The notes under the pieces are model-generated. The model ran no database searches. It had not been told where the DNA came from and saw nothing but the letters and a program-made list of their open reading frames with translations. The position numbers were made by a program, and so were the translations under genes. A stretch of DNA of 42,408 nt from Bdellovibrionales bacterium (GTDB lineage Bacteria; Bdellovibrionota; Bdellovibrionia; Bdellovibrionales; UBA1609), in the NCBI GenBank assembly GCA_041690295.1, contig JAWLHR010000024.1, forward strand, positions 1-42,408, read 5' to 3'. Below are positions 38,984-42,408 of this stretch, piece by piece (position 1 is the stretch's first letter; the number at the start of each line of letters is the position of its first letter).

Positions 38984-41193
38984 AGGAAGAAATTCAGGAA
39001 GGCCGGCGAATTCTTCTCACCGATTCCCGGTTTCCTGAAAACGTGCAACAAAGCCGTCGGCGGTTTTCCCAATGGTTGGAAGGCCGCTTGAAAGCTCGGC
39101 TCTCCGAAATCGGAAATTTCGAGGAATTAAAGCCTTTGGCCCTGGGCAGTTGGTCGCGCGGCGAGCTTTGCCCGAAATCGGACATCGATCTCTTGCTTTT
39201 GGGCGATGAGAAAAAGGTGGAAGCCTTTGTTCGCGAGGCGTTCAAGCGTGGGTTGAAATTGCGCGCGCGAACGCCGGAGGATCCGAAGGATTGGACGGTG
39301 GGTGTGGAACCGTTCGACATCCTCGCCCTGTTAGGAATTGAATCTCAGGATGAGCGTGTCCGAAAAAACGCCCGACGAATTCTCTCCGCGGTTCGCAAAG
39401 AGCGTGAGGAACGTCGCCGTCGGCAGGATTCGGTCACCGCCTATCTTGAACCGAATTTAAAATTCGGCGTGGGCGGATTGCGTGACATCGAGCAAGCCAT
39501 GGCTTTGGGGCGTCTCTTCGCGCGCCGGTTTGAAAAACTCGATCCTTATCCTTTTCAAGTTCTGGCCACCATCAAAGAGGAGTTGCTGTTTTTGCGGGCT
39601 CTGCTGCATTTGCAGGGTAGCGGCGATATTCTCACCGCCACCGATCAGCTTGAGTTCACCAAGATCCTCCAGCAAAGCTCGCACGCGGAATTTATGAAGT
39701 TCATTCAAAGTGAACTGGAACGGGCGAGTTTTTACGGTGATTGGGTGGTGGCCGTTTGTTCGACGCCTGAAAAGAATCTGGTTCGGCGCCAACCTGAATC
39801 CATGAGTTCGGCGCTCCAGCGACTGGAAACGGACCCTTCCATTCTCACCCAATTTGAAATTCGCCGCCGGGTGCGCGACTTAAGCCAGGGGCTGACTCCA
39901 TTTGAAATCGGAAAGGTCGTTCACAAAGCGTTAAGTGGTCTGAAATCCGATGCCTTGATCGTGGCGCTTTATCGCACCCGGCTTTTAGAAGTTTGGATAC
40001 CGGATTTCCAGTTGATTCGTGGACTTGTCCAACATGATCACTATCATCGGTTCACCGCGGATGCTCACTTGGTGCAGACCTTGCGCGAGGTGGAACGGGC
40101 GCGGACGCGCAGCCGGTCGTTGGGGCGGTTGGGTCGTTTGACCCGCGAACTTTCAGCCACGGATTGGTGGATTTTGAAGCTGACCGCCTTGTTTCATGAT
40201 TTGGCCAAGGGCCGGGGCGGCGATCATTCCACCAAAGGCGCGGAGTTGGTCCATCAGTACCTGAGCGAATGGAATTATCCCGAGGCGATCAAAGAGGATG
40301 TGTCTTGGCTTGTCGCCAATCATTTGATTTTGTCGTCGGCGGCCTTTCGGCAGAACCCTCAGGCTGAGTCCACTTGGAAACGACTGTTCGAGCGGGGGGT
40401 GGAAGGCCGGCGTCTCGCTTTGCTCGCGCTTTTCACCGCCATTGATATCCGCGCCACCAATCCGGAAGCGTGGAATGAATGGAAATCCCAATTACTTTGG
40501 CAGTTAGTTGAAAATTTACGATCGAAGCGGGCGATGAAGCTGCAAGGACATTTACGCTATGTTCGTCGCCATAACGCGGTTGAAGCCGTGGATTGGATTT
40601 TGAACTTGGATCCCGCGATTTTGGAAATCCTAACTCCCAAAGTCTTGCTTGAAGATCTGCATGAGGCGGCGACCAGCCAAACCGATCTTCCGGTGCGGGT
40701 GATTTCAAGGGTGAAGACGAAAGGGCGGTTTTGGGTTCGGATTCATCGCAAACGGGACGAGCCTGGAATCTTCCTTGATCTCGTATCGCGATTTTTCGGC
40801 TTGGGTCTTTCCATTCAAACGGCCTGCGTGCACACCCTTTCGGGCGTGGGCGTTTACGATTGGTTCTGCGTAAGAAACGAGAAATCCGCCCGGCAAATCG
40901 CTCTTTGGCTCAATCAGTCGAATCCGCCGAAACCTTTCGTCGTGCCGGATGTGACCTTTCAGACCGTTGAACTGGTCGCCGAGGACGAAAACGAATGGAT
41001 CTTCAGTTTTCGCGGCAAAGACACGCGTGGACTTCTTTTGGCCGCGGCCGATGCATTGGCGAATCAGGGACTTTCACTTAACTGGGCGCGGGCTCACACC
41101 TGGGGACAACAAGTAGACGATATCTTTTCAGTCCGGCCTTTGGGTGAGGTGAATGAGGTTCTGCAGAGTCTAAAAAATCGGTTTGTAACATAA
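38959..41193 (+). CDS. glnD: Uridylyltransferase/uridylyl-removing enzyme GlnD (compact, divergent)
   Basis: NTase LGSWSRGELCPKSDIDL, EPNLKFGVGGLRD, HD domain YHRFTADAH...FHDLAKG, two ACT-like C-terminal domains (DEPGIF, DTRGLL). Confidence 0.85.
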   Translation: MAIRSFLLEEEIQEGRRILLTDSRFPENVQQSRRRFSQWLEGRLKARLSEIGNFEELKPLALGSWSRGELCPKSDIDLLLLGDEKKVEAFVREAFKRGLKLRARTPEDPKDWTVGVEPFDILALLGIESQDERVRKNARRILSAVRKEREERRRRQDSVTAYLEPNLKFGVGGLRDIEQAMALGRLFARRFEKLDPYPFQVLATIKEELLFLRALLHLQGSGDILTATDQLEFTKILQQSSHAEFMKFIQSELERASFYGDWVVAVCSTPEKNLVRRQPESMSSALQRLETDPSILTQFEIRRRVRDLSQGLTPFEIGKVVHKALSGLKSDALIVALYRTRLLEVWIPDFQLIRGLVQHDHYHRFTADAHLVQTLREVERARTRSRSLGRLGRLTRELSATDWWILKLTALFHDLAKGRGGDHSTKGAELVHQYLSEWNYPEAIKEDVSWLVANHLILSSAAFRQNPQAESTWKRLFERGVEGRRLALLALFTAIDIRATNPEAWNEWKSQLLWQLVENLRSKRAMKLQGHLRYVRRHNAVEAVDWILNLDPAILEILTPKVLLEDLHEAATSQTDLPVRVISRVKTKGRFWVRIHRKRDEPGIFLDLVSRFFGLGLSIQTACVHTLSGVGVYDWFCVRNEKSARQIALWLNQSNPPKPFVVPDVTFQTVELVAEDENEWIFSFRGKDTRGLLLAAADALANQGLSLNWARAHTWGQQVDDIFSVRPLGEVNEVLQSLKNRFVT

Positions 41194-41275
41194 CTGTTCA
41201 TTAACGATCTCAATATCTTCAATATGATGGGCAAATCGGTTAGCCCTTTCGACAGTCCGGTGCGAATTTTCCCCC

Positions 41276-41303
41276 TTGCGCGTAAAACGAAAATCTGTAG
41301 ACT
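41276..41303 (+). promoter_or_regulatory. Possible sigma70 promoter of the LuxR gene
   Basis: TTGCGC-N16-TAGACT in the 194-nt intergenic region. Confidence 0.3.
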
Positions 41304-41387
41304 TTAATACAGGTGGTCGTACTGGGATGGATCTTGGGCGACTAGAGTCGAGAGGGAAAACAAAACCATTAAGGGGAGGGAGCAAGG

Positions 41388-41753
41388 ATGCTCAGAGATG
41401 TCCTAATTCAAAAAGGTTTGTCGAACAGAGAAGCGGAAGTCGCCGAGCTGGTCACAAAGGGACTGTCAAACAAGGAAGTTGCTAACCAGTTGTTCGTGAC
41501 CGAAAAGACGGTAAAGTTCCATCTGACGAACATCTACAAAAAGATGAACGTGAAATCACGCGCACAGTTGATCGTGTGGTGCTTACCGCATCTCGGCTTC
41601 GTCGAGAAAGAAGAAAAGCCCGCGGCCGAAATCAATCCGGCTCAAGCGATCAACATGGGCTCGACAGCCGCTCCTGCTGGCGCCACCAGCCTCGCGCAAG
41701 GCGCTGGCCCGATCGGTCGCCGCAACGACTTCGGTAACGACGTCGGCGTATAA
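41388..41753 (+). CDS. Stand-alone LuxR/GerE-type HTH transcriptional regulator
   Basis: LSNREAEVAELVTKGLSNKEVANQLFVTEKTVKFHLTNIYKKM, no receiver domain, low-complexity tail. Confidence 0.92.
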   Translation: MLRDVLIQKGLSNREAEVAELVTKGLSNKEVANQLFVTEKTVKFHLTNIYKKMNVKSRAQLIVWCLPHLGFVEKEEKPAAEINPAQAINMGSTAAPAGATSLAQGAGPIGRRNDFGNDVGV

Positions 41754-41787
41754 CAACTCGCGTGAGTTTTATTCGGATGTGTTTTTG

Positions 41788-41816
41788 AAAAAGAGCCCGA
41801 CCAGGGCTCTTTTTTT
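41788..41816 (+). terminator. Rho-independent terminator after the LuxR gene
   Basis: AAAAAGAGCCC-gacca-GGGCTCTTTTTTT stem-loop with U tract. Confidence 0.85.
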
Positions 41817-41834
41817 CTTCGCGAAGGAATTGAG

Positions 41835-42311
41835 ATGCAGCCCATTCCTGTCAGCCAATCGATCACGTACATGTCGGAACTGGTTCTCCCAAGTCACACG
41901 AATGCTCTGGATAGCATTTTCGGCGGTGTGCTCTTGTCGTGGATCGATATTTGCGCGGCCATCGCGGCTCAACGCCATTCCCATATGCCCGTCGTGACCG
42001 CGAGCATCGATGCCATGAGTTTCGTGGCGCCGGTTTATCAAGGCTGGATCGTCAATCTGAAAGCTTCAGTGAACTATGTCGCTCGCACAAGTATGGAAGT
42101 CGGTGTGCGAGTGGACGCGGAAAATCCCATCGTGGGAAAAACCTTTCACACCGCTTCGGCTTACCTCACATTCGTGGCGCTCGGTACGGATGGCCGGCCG
42201 GCCCTGATCCCGCCGGTTAAACCAGAAACTCCGGAGCAAATCCGGCGGTACGAGGCGGCGGAAAAGCGTCGCCAGCTTCGTTTGCAGCAACGCTCTTCCA
42301 ACAAACCCTAG
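41835..42311 (+). CDS. Acyl-CoA thioesterase (hotdog fold, YciA-like)
   Basis: VLPSHTNALDSIFGG, WID, VVTASID, RTSMEVGV, YLTFVA. Confidence 0.94.
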   Translation: MQPIPVSQSITYMSELVLPSHTNALDSIFGGVLLSWIDICAAIAAQRHSHMPVVTASIDAMSFVAPVYQGWIVNLKASVNYVARTSMEVGVRVDAENPIVGKTFHTASAYLTFVALGTDGRPALIPPVKPETPEQIRRYEAAEKRRQLRLQQRSSNKP

Positions 42312-42339
42312 AACTGCCCCACTAGCCTGCAGAAAATCC

Positions 42340-42354
42340 TGGCGAGAATTTTGC
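42340..42354 (+). promoter_or_regulatory. sigma54 promoter-like motif inside the right repeat
   Basis: TGGCGAGAATTTTGC = TGGC-N7-TTGC. Confidence 0.55.
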
Positions 42355-42369
42355 CCTTAACCACAGGGC

Positions 42370-42408
42370 ATGCGACCAAGCTGCCCCTATTGTCATTCAT
42401 CACAAGAA
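42370..42408 (+). CDS. Partial (5' end) paralog of the zinc-ribbon ORF
   Basis: ATG 42370 reads MRPSCPYCHSSQE, 12/13 aa identical to the ORF starting at 97 on the minus strand. Confidence 0.5.
   Translation, partial: MRPSCPYCHSSQE

Larger units (their letters stand above)
42310..42408 (+). mobile_element. Right copy (partial, runs off the window) of the repeated IS-like element
   Basis: 91/99 nt identical to the reverse complement of 59..157. Confidence 0.6.

Noticed and set aside
1..42408. Whole window as a composite transposon, prophage or linear replicon with terminal inverted repeats
   Set aside because: The cargo is core housekeeping genes, the repeats are only about 92% identical, and they run off both edges with ORFs pointing outward. 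An assembly break at a dispersed repeat is simpler.
1..42408. CRISPR array, rRNA, tRNA, defence or phage genes
   Set aside because: No regularly spaced direct repeats or cloverleafs were seen. Intergenic gaps are under about 200 nt and almost all long ORFs have ordinary assignments.

Overview
A gene-dense chromosomal segment, mostly housekeeping, probably from a Bdellovibrionota-like bacterium. The taxonomy is inferred from gene content and synteny and was not verified. Gene order: secreted hypothetical (-); tilS-ftsH-cdaA-cdaR-glmM-nnr-tsaE; GspE_N/GAF-like hypothetical (-); cysteine desulfurase-mnmA-mtaB; rnc-era-der-NSS transporter (-); two exported proteins (-); purM-unknown-purB-purC-purS-purQ-purL-purF; HExxH protein and FAH hydrolase (-); S66 LD-carboxypeptidase-serine hydrolase-mpl; MoxR-DUF58-transglutaminase; mutS-glnD; orphan LuxR; acyl-CoA thioesterase. 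The most notable signals lie outside the ORF track. (1) Both window ends carry outward-facing copies of one element (91/99 nt identical). Each copy starts inside the stop codon of a co-oriented host gene, contains an exactly spaced sigma54-type promoter, and begins an IS1/InsA-like CPxC zinc-ribbon ORF. (2) A perfect 24-bp GTAG-flanked inverted repeat (REPIN-like) supplies the stop codons of two convergent genes. (3) Three further sigma54 -24/-12 motifs, two with IHF-like sites, precede orphan exported-protein genes. (4) An uncharacterised ~399-aa gene is overlap-coupled inside the purine operon. No CRISPR array, rRNA or tRNA was recognised.
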